From Candidatus Azambacteria bacterium (GTDB taxonomy: Bacteria > Patescibacteriota > Minisyncoccia > GWC2-36-17 > M10-OD1-4): DNA of 64,000 nucleotides. Below the pieces are notes generated by a model, which saw only the letters and a program-made list of their open reading frames with translations, was not told the DNA's origin and did not search any database. Every line of letters begins with the position of its first letter. The first letter of the stretch is position 1. Position numbers and translations under genes: made by a program. The stretch spans positions 173-64,172 of the forward strand of contig JALTWS010000011.1 in assembly GCA_027048495.1 (NCBI GenBank), in the 5' to 3' direction. This document shows positions 29,801 to 38,958 of this stretch, in pieces.

Positions 29801-30268
29801 GTTGCGTTTGCTTCTGACTCTCCTTCAGGAGCAGCTGGTCCTGCAGCAGGAGCTGTTGTTATGAAAGTTGTAGTTTCTAACTCATCAAATGTTGGAAACT
29901 ACTCAGCAACGGTTAAACTTATGAACTTTGCAATGAATTCTGTCAACTTTGGAACAACAAATACTAAAGCCTTGACAGTTTACAAAGATTCAATAGCAAG
30001 TGGTAATCAAGTTGCTACAACAAACTATCCAACAGGAGTGCAAGTTAGTGATTCTGCAATAACAGATGCTAACTTCACTGATGTTGAGATAGCAGCTGGA
30101 TCTTCAAAGACATTCATCGTTACTTTGGACACCTCAGAAGCTGGAGCAACTGATTCACTTTCTGTAGGTATGTCTCAAGGTGACCTTGAGTGGAGAGACA
30201 GCAAGGTAACAACCAACATTACCACAGTTGACAGCTTACCGTTGCTAAGCAAGACATTGACTTACTAA
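26801..30268 (+). CDS. Large secreted Thr/Ser/Gly/Val-rich repetitive surface protein (S-layer protein or adhesin candidate)
   Basis: Sec signal peptide (...VISANA|AGDD), about 230-aa N-terminal domain, then about 8 tandem roughly 100-aa beta-rich repeats with the recurring pattern L-K-L-x-V-G-G-V-Q-V-G...I-R-I-N-x-G-Q; codon and GC usage differ from neighbours (highly-expressed-gene-like); terminator immediately downstream. Confidence 0.7.
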   Translation: MNALSSKATEKFKQFLAIALALVTTVVLSGIATVISANAAGDDILQEGSLIKAPDRPEVYIINTKAHGQYAGWKRHIFNPDVFNMYGHLSWDAIKIVPQSVIDMYETSNLYRADGDPRVYYLKEEGSTAVKYHIQDEAAFNAYGFSWDQVFIVNERERDYYPTGYVITATSGLPGQQNNNNNGGQQGGTTPVGSGLTVSVASDNPVADTILSDDTSNQYPQALIPFLKVNFAAGNDGDVKVTSVSFKRTGIASDSDLGNLYLYDGEMRVAEYTSFSDRVVTFTNPSGLFTVPKGTTKTITLKGDLARGSTPVSASKTIGFDLVSASDVTTDGAAVSGSFPIMGNKMATAQVSDLGYLYIDAYETTNPSSLKGDATNQELWRFSLISGNQDMEVRKIKLTMVGTISPTDIQNLKLEVGGVQVGSAQAIASDNTVIFDLSSNPIRINSGQTKIVSLKGDMNGGAGRNFYFSIQRSSDVVVYDRGYGVFVTMAKDTQTGAFGIVKPTSATSVDAGTLTLSVATDSPTGNIPASATGVTLAKFGFYASGESVKVDNLSVKCNSSNTGLYIDNVKLLLEGSQVGSTATTLQCNNSATVSFTFGNTFQVPAGTTKYLTIVADTTDSTVSDGNTIAVSLVAGSGNAQGLSTLNSISTTDQTARTVTVKSGAATVAKNTAFGDKTSSNPTGTVNASGVKIGSFVITAGAGEAIDVTQITLADDATTQLGDNFQNLMLKDSNGNQIGSTIATLNTTAGTYTFTPASPIRINAGQQFVVDVFADIKSSAADTGTSLSPVAKVNSVTATGVSTSSDASYTTAVNLQTAYIASSGNLTVTTGADTPIAQQLVMGSTDVALATFKLEANAAEDIIISDITVSDQVSSGATGTLKNLKLYVDGVQVGQTVQLSGTDSTSTYANANFSGLNLVIPRNSSKTLTVRADVTSYDDGASAGSTHKIALLVNKGGGSESITAKGASSGASITGASLDYGTSPDADQTANTMTVYATKVSVAFASDSPSGAAGPAAGAVVMKVVVSNSSNVGNYSATVKLMNFAMNSVNFGTTNTKALTVYKDSIASGNQVATTNYPTGVQVSDSAITDANFTDVEIAAGSSKTFIVTLDTSEAGATDSLSVGMSQGDLEWRDSKVTTNITTVDSLPLLSKTLTY

Positions 30269-30314
30269 GTCAATCTTGCAAAAAAGGCAAAAGCCAAAAG
30301 CTTAGCCTTGCAAA

Positions 30315-30350
30315 ACACCCCCGTTTTTACGGGGGTGTTTTGTTGTATTT
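30315..30350 (+). terminator. Strong intrinsic terminator
   Basis: ACACCCCCG-ttttta-CGGGGGTGT (9-bp perfect stem) followed by TTTGTTGTATTTTT. Confidence 0.8.
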
Positions 30351-30385
30351 TTGGGAGTTTTGTTTTAAAATGGCTAGTAAGTTTT

Positions 30386-32623
30386 ATGGAAAAGTTTGTA
30401 AAAAATTTAATACTTTTGTTTTTTGTTTTTCCGATTTTTTTTGTTAGCTGGACGATGTATCCTTGGAATTTTGGGAAGACGGTTTATTTTTTAATTTTTG
30501 TTGATTTGGTTTTTGCTTTGGCTTTGTTTTTTATTTTGTTTTTTAGAGGGAAACTGAAGAAATTTTTGCTTTTGGATTATGCGGTTTTTGGCTTTTTGCT
30601 TGTTATGCTTTTTTCTTCTTTTTTTGGAGTTGATTTTGAAAAAAGCTTTTTTGGCGACCAGCAAAGAGCGCAAGGAACATTTGTGTTTTTGCATTTTGGG
30701 CTGTTTTATCTGCTTTTAAGGCAATTTTTTAACTCAAAAAAGGATTGGCTTTTGGCATCTTTGATTTCTGTTTTTTCTGCTTTTGTTTCTTTGGTTGTTG
30801 GATTTTTGGGCTATTTTAAGATTGCTTTTGAAAGCTTATCTTTTGGTGGCAGGATATCCGGACTTGAAGGGAATCCTATATTTTTTGCCGGGTATTTGCT
30901 TTTGCCTGCATTTTTGTCTTTTTTGGCGGTTTTATTTTTTGATGAGAAGCTAAAACACCAGTTTAAGCTGTTGTTTGGATTAAGAAATTGGCTTTATTTT
31001 TTGGGATTTTTGTTGTTTTTTGGAATATTTTTCTCTCAAGCAAGAGGAGTTGCGCTTGGGATTATCTTGTCGCTTTTGTTTTTTTGGCTGATTTTTTCTT
31101 TTTCTGAAATATTCAAAAAAAGTATAAAAAGAATTGTTTTTTTGGTCGGTGTCGTTTTTTTTGCTTTTTTGGCATTTTTGTATGTTTTTAACCAAAAATC
31201 AAGCTTTTTTGCAGACAACTACCCGGAAGTTTCAAGGTTTTTGGATATAACAACAGAAAATAAAACGGCAAAAACCAGACTTATAGCTTGGGACATAGCA
31301 AAAGAAGGGTTTTTAAAAAGGCCAATTTTTGGTTTTGGTCCGGAAAATTATCAGGCAGTTTTTAATAAATATTATAATCCAGATCTCTTGAAGTATTCTT
31401 TTTCAGAAACTGTCTGGGACAAGCCTCATAATTATTTTTTGGAAATACTTGCAGAAGAAGGTATTTTTGGAATTATTTTTTACATTTTTATTATATTTGT
31501 TGCTTTTTATTATGTGTATTATTTTTATAAGCAAGCAGAAAACAAAAGAGAAAAAGTTTTTGCAATTGTATTTTTTGGAGCCTTGCTGGCGTTTTTGACA
31601 AAAAACGCATTTGCTTTTGAAACATTCTCTTCTTTGCTTATGTGGTTTTTTATGCTTGCTTTTTGCGCGTTTTTATATGAGTTTGCCAAAAACAAAGAAG
31701 AGTTTTATGAGCTTAAAAACAAAGCTATTTTGAATTTTTCATTTTTTGTTGCTTTGGTGTTTGTTGGGTTTTCTTTATTTTTTTCAGCAAATATGCTCAA
31801 GAGTTCCTACTATATGAGTTCTGCAAGAGATGCCCTTGGCATAAACTCTGTTTACAAATGGCAAGAGAGCGCAAAAAAAGCAATTTCTGCTTTTCCTTTT
31901 GAGGTTGAAAATGCTGTGTTTTTGACAAAAGACCTTTCTGATTTTGACAATAAAAATTTGCTTACCGCAGATGTTTTAAAAAATATATATCCTGATATTG
32001 AAAGTGTGCTTTTGAAAAGATATAATAAAAGCCAAGATTTTTTAAGCGCTTTTTGGTTGGGACAGCTTTACGCTCTTTTGGGAGAGTATGTTGACAGCAA
32101 ATATTACCAAGATTCAATAAAGTATTTTAACGCCGCTTGGAAAGTGAACAAAGACAGGCAAGCTGTTCCTTTGCTTTTGGGGAAAGTTTACTCTTCTTTG
32201 GGAGAAAACAAAAAAGCTATTGAAATTTTAGAAGAGCTTGCCAGAAAAAACGATTCTTTGCCAGAGCCGCATTGGTTTTTAGGGCTTGCTTATTTGGAAG
32301 ATGGGCAGGAGGAGAAAGGCATTTTGGAGCTTGAAAAAGGAAAAGAGTTTGGACTTAATTTGAAAAATAATATATTATTTTTATTAGACCTTTACCTTAA
32401 AAGGGAAGAGTACGAAAAAACAATACCTTTGTACGAAAGACTTATTAAAATTGACCCAAAAAACCCAACTTATTATCATGATCTTGGATTGATGTATTTT
32501 GCTGTTGGTGACAAAGATAAGTCTTTTGAGTATTTTCAAACAGCAATCCAAATGGATCCTTCCTTAAAAGATAGGGTAAAGAAGTTTTTTAAACTAAATG
32601 GTATAACAATTAACTTTGATTAA
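30386..32623 (+). CDS. Wzy_C-family (O-antigen ligase / PglL-like O-oligosaccharyltransferase) membrane protein with C-terminal TPR domain, paralog 1
   Basis: Polytopic membrane domain with periplasmic-loop motif RLIAWDIAKEGFLKRPIFGFGPENY...WDKPHNYFLEILAEEGIFG (Wzy_C signature with conserved His); C-terminal about 250 aa TPR repeats; ATG 30386 chosen because the longer ORF overlaps the upstream terminator. Confidence 0.7.
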   Translation: MEKFVKNLILLFFVFPIFFVSWTMYPWNFGKTVYFLIFVDLVFALALFFILFFRGKLKKFLLLDYAVFGFLLVMLFSSFFGVDFEKSFFGDQQRAQGTFVFLHFGLFYLLLRQFFNSKKDWLLASLISVFSAFVSLVVGFLGYFKIAFESLSFGGRISGLEGNPIFFAGYLLLPAFLSFLAVLFFDEKLKHQFKLLFGLRNWLYFLGFLLFFGIFFSQARGVALGIILSLLFFWLIFSFSEIFKKSIKRIVFLVGVVFFAFLAFLYVFNQKSSFFADNYPEVSRFLDITTENKTAKTRLIAWDIAKEGFLKRPIFGFGPENYQAVFNKYYNPDLLKYSFSETVWDKPHNYFLEILAEEGIFGIIFYIFIIFVAFYYVYYFYKQAENKREKVFAIVFFGALLAFLTKNAFAFETFSSLLMWFFMLAFCAFLYEFAKNKEEFYELKNKAILNFSFFVALVFVGFSLFFSANMLKSSYYMSSARDALGINSVYKWQESAKKAISAFPFEVENAVFLTKDLSDFDNKNLLTADVLKNIYPDIESVLLKRYNKSQDFLSAFWLGQLYALLGEYVDSKYYQDSIKYFNAAWKVNKDRQAVPLLLGKVYSSLGENKKAIEILEELARKNDSLPEPHWFLGLAYLEDGQEEKGILELEKGKEFGLNLKNNILFLLDLYLKREEYEKTIPLYERLIKIDPKNPTYYHDLGLMYFAVGDKDKSFEYFQTAIQMDPSLKDRVKKFFKLNGITINFD

Positions 32624-32627
32624 AAAT

Positions 32628-33200
32628 ATGAAAAAGGCAATATTAATATTTTTTGTGGCAGTTGTTGCTGTTTTGGCATTTTATTTTTTTGAAAATGCCA
32701 AGGGCAAACCGTTTTTGTCAATATCTGAGATTGAAGAGCTTGCAAAAAAAGACAGCAATATGGAGTTTTATGCAAAAGAACTTAAAAGGGCGGTAGAAGA
32801 GTTCAAAGAAGACGATCCGAAATCGTATTCTGCTTTGGGACTTGCTTGGAAAGGTGTGGCAGACCAGACAAACAATGAAAAATACTACAAAAATGCGCTT
32901 TTGGTTTATCAGGAGGCAATTGATTTAACTAACAGAAAAAATACATTGTTTATTTTAAATGCTGGAAACATGGCATCTTATTTGGGAGATTACGAGCTTG
33001 CAGAAAAGTATTATGAGGAAGCAACCTATGTTGCTCCCGGGGACCAGGACGGATATATAAAGCTTTATGAGCTTTACAGATACAAACTTGGAAATCCAAA
33101 AGATAAGATAATAGCCGTGCTTGATAGAGGAATAGACAGAATGGTAAATCCAGCATATCTTAAACAGCTAAAAGACGCTTATTTAAGCGAAGAAAAATAG
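32628..33200 (+). CDS. Membrane-anchored TPR-repeat protein
   Basis: N-terminal TM (ILIFFVAVVAVLAFYFF) then TPR-like helices (YYKNALLVYQEAIDL..., LGDYELAEKYYEEATYVAPGD). Confidence 0.5.
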   Translation: MKKAILIFFVAVVAVLAFYFFENAKGKPFLSISEIEELAKKDSNMEFYAKELKRAVEEFKEDDPKSYSALGLAWKGVADQTNNEKYYKNALLVYQEAIDLTNRKNTLFILNAGNMASYLGDYELAEKYYEEATYVAPGDQDGYIKLYELYRYKLGNPKDKIIAVLDRGIDRMVNPAYLKQLKDAYLSEEK

Positions 33201-33201
33201 C

Positions 33202-35469
33202 GTGATTGCATTAGATTTATTAAAAATAGCAAAATATTTTCTGTTTGCGTCTGCTTTTGTCCCTGTTTTGGTTTGGGATAAGTTTTTGTATCCTTTTGTC
33301 ACTTTAAGGGCAAGCGCATTTTTATTTTTTGTTGAATTGGCTTTGCTTGCTTTTTTGGTTTGGGTGTTTTTTTATCAAAAAGGAAGTTTTACGTTCAAAA
33401 AAAGCTGGCTTTTTTTGTCTTTTTTTGCATTTTTTGTTATTAGCTTTGTATCTGCTGTTTTTGGTGAGTCATTTTTTGTAAGCTTTTTTGGAACGATAGA
33501 AAGGTGGTGGGGAGTTTTTACTCTTTTGCATTATTTGGTGTTTTTCTTTTTGGCAAGAGCATTGTTTGAAAAAGATGACTGGATGACATTTTTTAGGCTT
33601 TTTGTTTTTGTGTCTTTTTTTGTTTCTTTGATTGGGCTTTTGCAAAAAGCAGGGTTGGGGCTTTTTGCTTTTTCTGGGGGCAGGATTATAGGAACTTTAG
33701 GGAATGCCGCTTACTTTTCCGTATATCTTTTACTTAACTTTGCTTTGTCTTTGTATCTTTTTTTCTCAGAAAGGCATAAAAAATATAGCTTTTTTTATGT
33801 TGCAGTAGCGTTTTTAAATTTTGTTGCATTTTTGTTTACAGGAACAAGAGGAACTTTTTTAGGATTTATTTTTGGAGTATTTTTAGTTTCTTTTTTGTAT
33901 ATTTTTTTGGGTAAAAGCAAAAAAGTAAAAGCATCTTTTCTTTTTGTTTCTTTTTTGATTACAATTTCTGTTTTGGTTGCATTTTTGGCAAAAGACACTA
34001 ATTTTGTAAAAAATACTCCGTTTTTGAGCAGGATTTCCACAATATCTTTGGAAGGAGGAAGTATAAGCACAAGATTTATAAGTTGGCAAGCGGCTTTGGA
34101 GGGTTTTTTTGATAATCCTTTTTTGGGAGTTGGTCCGGAAAATTATAATATAGTATTTAATAAATATTTTAAGTCAGACTATTATCTTTATGCGGCGTCT
34201 GAGCCTTATTTTGACAGGGCGCACAACAACTTTTTGGACATACTTGCAACTTCAGGTATTTTTGGGCTTTTGTCTTATCTTTTTATGGTTTTTTTAATAT
34301 TTTATATTTTGGCAAGGCTTTACAGTCAAAAAAGGATTCAAGAAAAAGAGCTTTTGTTTTTTGTGTTTGTATTTTCTGCTTACTTTGTCCATTTATTTTT
34401 TGTTTTTGATGATATAACTTCATTTTTATATTTTGTGTCGTTTTTAGCATTTTTGGATTTTTTATTTTCAGAAAGAAAAATATTTTCCGAACAAGAAAAT
34501 AAAAGTTTTGATGCTTTTAAAAAAACAGTAGTTTTTGCTGGTATTGTTTTGGTTATTTTTTCTAGTTGGCAGTATAACCTAAAAGTTGCTTATGCTTCAA
34601 AAATAGCAAATGATGCTTTTTTGGAAGATCAAAAAGGAAATTTAAAAGAGGCAGTAGATTTATACTTAAAGTCTCTTTCGCTTAATTCAAAGCCCCAAAA
34701 AGATATAGTGTATTCTTTTGTTGATTTTTTATATAGCAAATTTCCGTTGTATGAAAAGGATATAAAAATTTCAAAAGATGATGATTTGGCGTATCAGAAA
34801 GGGCTTTTGGAAGCCAAAAAATACATAAAAAAGCAAATAGAGTTAAACCAAAAAGATGCTCTGCTTTTTGTGAAGCTGGCAAATATAAACAGCGCTTTGT
34901 ATGTTGTTAAAAAAGATATAAGTTTTACAAAAAAAGCAGAGGAAGCATTAAAGACTGCTATATCTTTAAGCGAGGATAGGCCTCAGTATTACCATTTTTT
35001 GGTTGATTTGTATATTTTGTCAGGGCAAAATCAAAAAGCGCTTAAAACAGCAGAATTTGCATTAAAAATGAATGAAAAATACAATGCCAGCTATTTTTAT
35101 GTTGCAAAAGCGTATATTGCCCAAAAAGAGTATGAAAAAGCAAAAGAATACTTGGACTTGTCTATGGAGAAAAAATATCTACCTTCTTTGGGAGAGGTGG
35201 TGTTTTTTGCTTCTGAGATGGAAAAGTCGGGAAAATACCAATATGCCGCAGATATTTATAAAAAATACTTGCAAAGAAATAAAAAGGATGCTTTGCCTGC
35301 AGTTAGGCTTGTTATTTTAAGCTTAAAAATGAGCAACGAAAAAGATGCTATAATGTATGCTAAGATGTCAGCTGATATTAACCCAAGCTTAAAAAAAGAT
35401 GTTGACTATATAATATCAGAAATTAAAAAAGGCAATAAGGAAAATATTCTTAAAATACTAACACAATGA
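33202..35469 (+). CDS. Wzy_C-family O-antigen ligase/O-OTase-like membrane protein with C-terminal TPR, paralog 2 (GTG start)
   Basis: RFISWQAALEGFFDNPFLGVGPENY...FDRAHNNFLDILATSGIFGLLSY; C-terminal TPR repeats. Confidence 0.7.
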   Translation: MIALDLLKIAKYFLFASAFVPVLVWDKFLYPFVTLRASAFLFFVELALLAFLVWVFFYQKGSFTFKKSWLFLSFFAFFVISFVSAVFGESFFVSFFGTIERWWGVFTLLHYLVFFFLARALFEKDDWMTFFRLFVFVSFFVSLIGLLQKAGLGLFAFSGGRIIGTLGNAAYFSVYLLLNFALSLYLFFSERHKKYSFFYVAVAFLNFVAFLFTGTRGTFLGFIFGVFLVSFLYIFLGKSKKVKASFLFVSFLITISVLVAFLAKDTNFVKNTPFLSRISTISLEGGSISTRFISWQAALEGFFDNPFLGVGPENYNIVFNKYFKSDYYLYAASEPYFDRAHNNFLDILATSGIFGLLSYLFMVFLIFYILARLYSQKRIQEKELLFFVFVFSAYFVHLFFVFDDITSFLYFVSFLAFLDFLFSERKIFSEQENKSFDAFKKTVVFAGIVLVIFSSWQYNLKVAYASKIANDAFLEDQKGNLKEAVDLYLKSLSLNSKPQKDIVYSFVDFLYSKFPLYEKDIKISKDDDLAYQKGLLEAKKYIKKQIELNQKDALLFVKLANINSALYVVKKDISFTKKAEEALKTAISLSEDRPQYYHFLVDLYILSGQNQKALKTAEFALKMNEKYNASYFYVAKAYIAQKEYEKAKEYLDLSMEKKYLPSLGEVVFFASEMEKSGKYQYAADIYKKYLQRNKKDALPAVRLVILSLKMSNEKDAIMYAKMSADINPSLKKDVDYIISEIKKGNKENILKILTQ

Positions 35470-37571
35470 GTGAATATACTTTAAAAAACATAATAAAATT
35501 TGTGCTTGCTGTGTCTTTTTTTGCTCCGCTTATTGTTGCAAAAGGCTTTTTCTTTCCTTTTATAGTTCCAAAGACTATATTTTTCCAATCTTTGGTTCAG
35601 GTTGCGCTTTTGCTTTACATATTTTTGGTTATTTCAAACAAAAAATATTTGCCAAAGCTGGACCTTTTGTCAAAAAGCGTTTTGGTTTTTTATTTTATTT
35701 ATGTTATGTCGGCTATATTTGGAGAAAATATATTTAGGAGCTTTTTTGGCAACTTTGAGAGAATGCTTGGCGTTGTGAATTTAACTCATTTTGTTGCTTT
35801 ATTTTTTATATTAAAAGGCATTTTAAAAGATAAGCAGGAATGGATTTTTATGTTTCGCTGTTTTGTTTTTGCCGGTTTTTTGGTTGCTTTGTATGGAATT
35901 GCCCAAAAGTTTGGTTTCTCATTTTTGTTTGAATCCAAAGATCCAAGAATATCATCAACCATAGGCAATGCCGCTTTTTTTGCGGCGTATATGCTTTTTG
36001 TCTTTTTTATTTCTATTATTTTAATTCAAAAAGATAAAGTACAGGCAAGGCCTTTTTATTATACTGTTTTGCTTTTGAGCATGTTGTCAATTTATCTTAG
36101 CGAAACAAGGGGCGCTATTTTGGCGCTGGTTTTTTCTTTGTTGTTTTTGTTGGCGCTTTTTGTTTTAAAAAAGAAAGATGAGCTTGCAAGTATAACTTTA
36201 CAAAACAAAAATAAAATACTTGCTTGGATTTTTGGCGTGCTAGTTTTGTTTTTTGCTGTTTTTTTGATAAATCAGGATGCTTTTTATGGGCCGATAAAAA
36301 GAATAATGTCTATATCTTTTTCTGATGCTACTGTAAAAACAAGGATAGTATCTGCAAAAATAAGCGCAGAGGGAATAAAAGAGCATCTAATTTTAGGATG
36401 GGGACCGGAAAACTACAATCTTCTTTTTGATAAGTATTATGACCTTAGAATGTACCCTCAGGAAAGCTGGTTTGATCATGCGCATAATATAATATTTGAC
36501 ACACTGTCCAACTCAGGAATTTTAGGGCTTTTGTCTTATGTTTTTGTTTTTGTTGCTCTTTTTTATCTGCTTTTTGCTTATACAAAGTCAAACAAAGATG
36601 ACTACAAAACAGCGTATGTCATAGTGGCAATGATGATAGCTTATTTTTTCCAAAACCTTTTTGTTTTTGATGCTTTGGCAACTTATTTGCCTTTCTTTTT
36701 GGTGTTGTCTTTTGCTTCTTTTTTAACTTCACAAAAAGAAGAAGATAAAATAGAGAACAAAAAATTGCAGGTTCCTATCCAAGCTTTTGTGTTGCTTTTT
36801 TTAGCGTTTTGGTTTTTGTTTTACAATACAAATGTAAGGCCTGCGCTTGCTTCAAAATATCTTATTGAAGGTTCTTTGTATTTTGAATATGGAAGATATG
36901 ATTTGGCATTTGAATATTTTGAAAAATCCTATGAAAAATCTTTACAAGGAAAGCCGGAGATAGCAACAATGATGGCAGAGAAGGCCAACCAGATATACAA
37001 AAAAGAAAACATATCAAAGGAAGTTAAAGATTTTTTTGTCCAAAAAGCGATTCAAAAAGCAGAAGATGCGCTAAAGCGGGAGCCAAAAAACACTAGATAT
37101 TATATGACCTATGCTAGTCTATCTAACGCAAAAAGAGATGACAGGGAGTTTTTAAAAAAGCTGGATAAAATGATGGAAGAAAATTTACCAAAAAGTCCCA
37201 AAAAGCCTATTTATTATTTTCAGTGGTATCAAATAAATGTATTTTTAGGAGATTTTAAAAAAGCAGAGCAAATTATTAAAAAATCGTTAAGCCAGAAGGT
37301 TACTTACAATGGGACTTTGATATTAGCGAATTTTTACAAGGGTCAAAAAAGAAACGAAGATGCAAAAAATACTTATATGAACTTTGTTCAAAAAAGACAA
37401 GACGCAACAGTCCAGCAACTTGTCAGGATAGCTGTTGAGCTGGCAAGAATTGGGTATGACAAAGAAGCAATTGATGTTGCAAATACAATTTCAAAAAGAT
37501 ACGGATATTCGGATAATATAAGTAGTTTTGTGCAGGATATAAAAAATGGAAGATTTAACCAAAAACAATAA
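35466..37571 (+). CDS. Wzy_C-family O-antigen ligase/O-OTase-like membrane protein with C-terminal TPR, paralog 3
   Basis: RIVSAKISAEGIKEHLILGWGPENY...FDHAHNIIFDTLSNSGILGLLSY; ATGA overlap with paralog 2; C-terminal TPR. Confidence 0.7.
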   Translation: MSEYTLKNIIKFVLAVSFFAPLIVAKGFFFPFIVPKTIFFQSLVQVALLLYIFLVISNKKYLPKLDLLSKSVLVFYFIYVMSAIFGENIFRSFFGNFERMLGVVNLTHFVALFFILKGILKDKQEWIFMFRCFVFAGFLVALYGIAQKFGFSFLFESKDPRISSTIGNAAFFAAYMLFVFFISIILIQKDKVQARPFYYTVLLLSMLSIYLSETRGAILALVFSLLFLLALFVLKKKDELASITLQNKNKILAWIFGVLVLFFAVFLINQDAFYGPIKRIMSISFSDATVKTRIVSAKISAEGIKEHLILGWGPENYNLLFDKYYDLRMYPQESWFDHAHNIIFDTLSNSGILGLLSYVFVFVALFYLLFAYTKSNKDDYKTAYVIVAMMIAYFFQNLFVFDALATYLPFFLVLSFASFLTSQKEEDKIENKKLQVPIQAFVLLFLAFWFLFYNTNVRPALASKYLIEGSLYFEYGRYDLAFEYFEKSYEKSLQGKPEIATMMAEKANQIYKKENISKEVKDFFVQKAIQKAEDALKREPKNTRYYMTYASLSNAKRDDREFLKKLDKMMEENLPKSPKKPIYYFQWYQINVFLGDFKKAEQIIKKSLSQKVTYNGTLILANFYKGQKRNEDAKNTYMNFVQKRQDATVQQLVRIAVELARIGYDKEAIDVANTISKRYGYSDNISSFVQDIKNGRFNQKQ

Positions 37572-38103
37572 ATACAAAGAAAAATCTTTTGGTATTGTAC
37601 CTTTTTTTCAGGATAAAAAAGAGCTGTTTTTTCTTGTTGTTAAAAACAAAAACGGAGGGCATTGGGCTTTTCCAAAAGGACATAAAAATCAAAAAGAGCT
37701 GGATATTGATGCGGCAAAAAGGGAGTTTGAAGAAGAAACGGGCATTTTAAACTATGAAATTTTTTTTGAAGATACCAACTTCAAAGAAGAATATGAATTT
37801 GAAAAAGACGGCAAAAAGATAAAAAAAGAAGTAATCTATTTTCCGGCAAAAGTGTATGACAAAAAACTAAATTTGCAAAAAGAAGAAATATCAGATGCAA
37901 AATGGTTAAAATATGAACAGGCGCAAAAACAACTCACTTTCAAAGAGGCAAAAAATGTTCTTAAACAGGCAAATTATGAAATATTAAAAAGATTAAATTT
38001 TAAGATACCAATTTCGTTTGTGCTTAAGGTAATTGCTTTTGTGTTTGTGCCGTTTTTTTCTGTTGTTTTGTTTTTGCTTTGGTTTTTTCAAGACAAGGAG
38101 TGA
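37546..38103 (+). CDS. NUDIX hydrolase with C-terminal TM anchor
   Basis: Nudix box GHKNQKELDIDAAKREFEEETGI (GX5EX7REUXEEXGU). Confidence 0.8.
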   Translation: MEDLTKNNKYKEKSFGIVPFFQDKKELFFLVVKNKNGGHWAFPKGHKNQKELDIDAAKREFEEETGILNYEIFFEDTNFKEEYEFEKDGKKIKKEVIYFPAKVYDKKLNLQKEEISDAKWLKYEQAQKQLTFKEAKNVLKQANYEILKRLNFKIPISFVLKVIAFVFVPFFSVVLFLLWFFQDKE

Positions 38104-38108
38104 AAGCT

Positions 38109-38143
38109 ATCCCTAGGGTTAATCCTAGGGATAACCCTAGGAT
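38109..38143. repeat. CCTAGG-core 12-bp tandem repeats (3 units)
   Basis: ATCCCTAGGGTTAATCCTAGGGATAACCCTAGGAT; same family as 46066-46130. Confidence 0.8.
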
Positions 38144-38230
38144 TTTTTATAGGCTTGCGCGCGAAATTTAATACTTGGCTTTTTTTTAGTTTTGTGCTTC
38201 AATTAGGTTATAAAAAGTAATTTCAAAAGT

Positions 38231-38878
38231 ATGAACAGAACAGCAATATTTGCGGCAATAGCTGTCTTTGCTGCGTTGGCTTTTGGGTTTTCAGGCAAAG
38301 ATAGCCAAACAAGCCAAATTTCCCAAGAAAATAATGAAAAAAACAGTTCTGCCAATCAGGAAATTGCTGATATTGACTTAAGCGGGTGGGATACATTTTC
38401 TTCAGATGAATATGAGTTTAAATACCCAAAGGAGGCATTGTTTGATAATGTAGCGGTTCTTGGAGTTGAAAATTCAAGGGTTAAATTTTTTGGAGAAAAG
38501 CAAGTAAAAAAACAAAAAGCAAATATGAGCGCTTTTGACCATTTTGCTGTTGAGGACGGATATGCTTTTTGGATAGCAAAAGTTAAATCAAAAGAAGTAG
38601 ACGCAAAAAGCTATGCGGAAAGTGAGCTTAAAAAACATAAAATAGAATGCAAAAAAGAAAAATCAAGCCAAATAAGCGATATAAAAAATGTAAAAATTAA
38701 CGGAAAGGATGCTTATTCTTTTTCTGTGAAAAACTGTTTTGGCAATTACGACTTGTCTTATCTTGAAAATAACGGAAGCTTGTATAAAATAAGCCAGTTT
38801 TATGTTGGAGATGAAAATGATAAGGAAAAATATTTCAAAACAACAAACGCAATACTTTTGACTTTAAAATTTAAATAA
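38231..38878 (+). CDS. Secreted/lipoprotein-like hypothetical protein
   Basis: Signal peptide MNRTAIFAAIAVFAALAFGFSG; 215 aa, no recognisable motif. Confidence 0.4.
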   Translation: MNRTAIFAAIAVFAALAFGFSGKDSQTSQISQENNEKNSSANQEIADIDLSGWDTFSSDEYEFKYPKEALFDNVAVLGVENSRVKFFGEKQVKKQKANMSAFDHFAVEDGYAFWIAKVKSKEVDAKSYAESELKKHKIECKKEKSSQISDIKNVKINGKDAYSFSVKNCFGNYDLSYLENNGSLYKISQFYVGDENDKEKYFKTTNAILLTLKFK

Positions 38879-38958
38879 AACCAAAACAAAAGCAGGGTTG
38901 ACTGCGGCAGTTTTTTTGTTGTAAACTTATAACCAATTTTTAAAAATTCAGTATTAGC

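Noticed and set aside
30308-30385. Longer N-terminal extension of Wzy_C paralog 1 (ORF-track start 30308)
   Set aside because: The extension overlaps the strong terminator hairpin 30315-30350; ATG 30386 gives a sensible TM N-terminus
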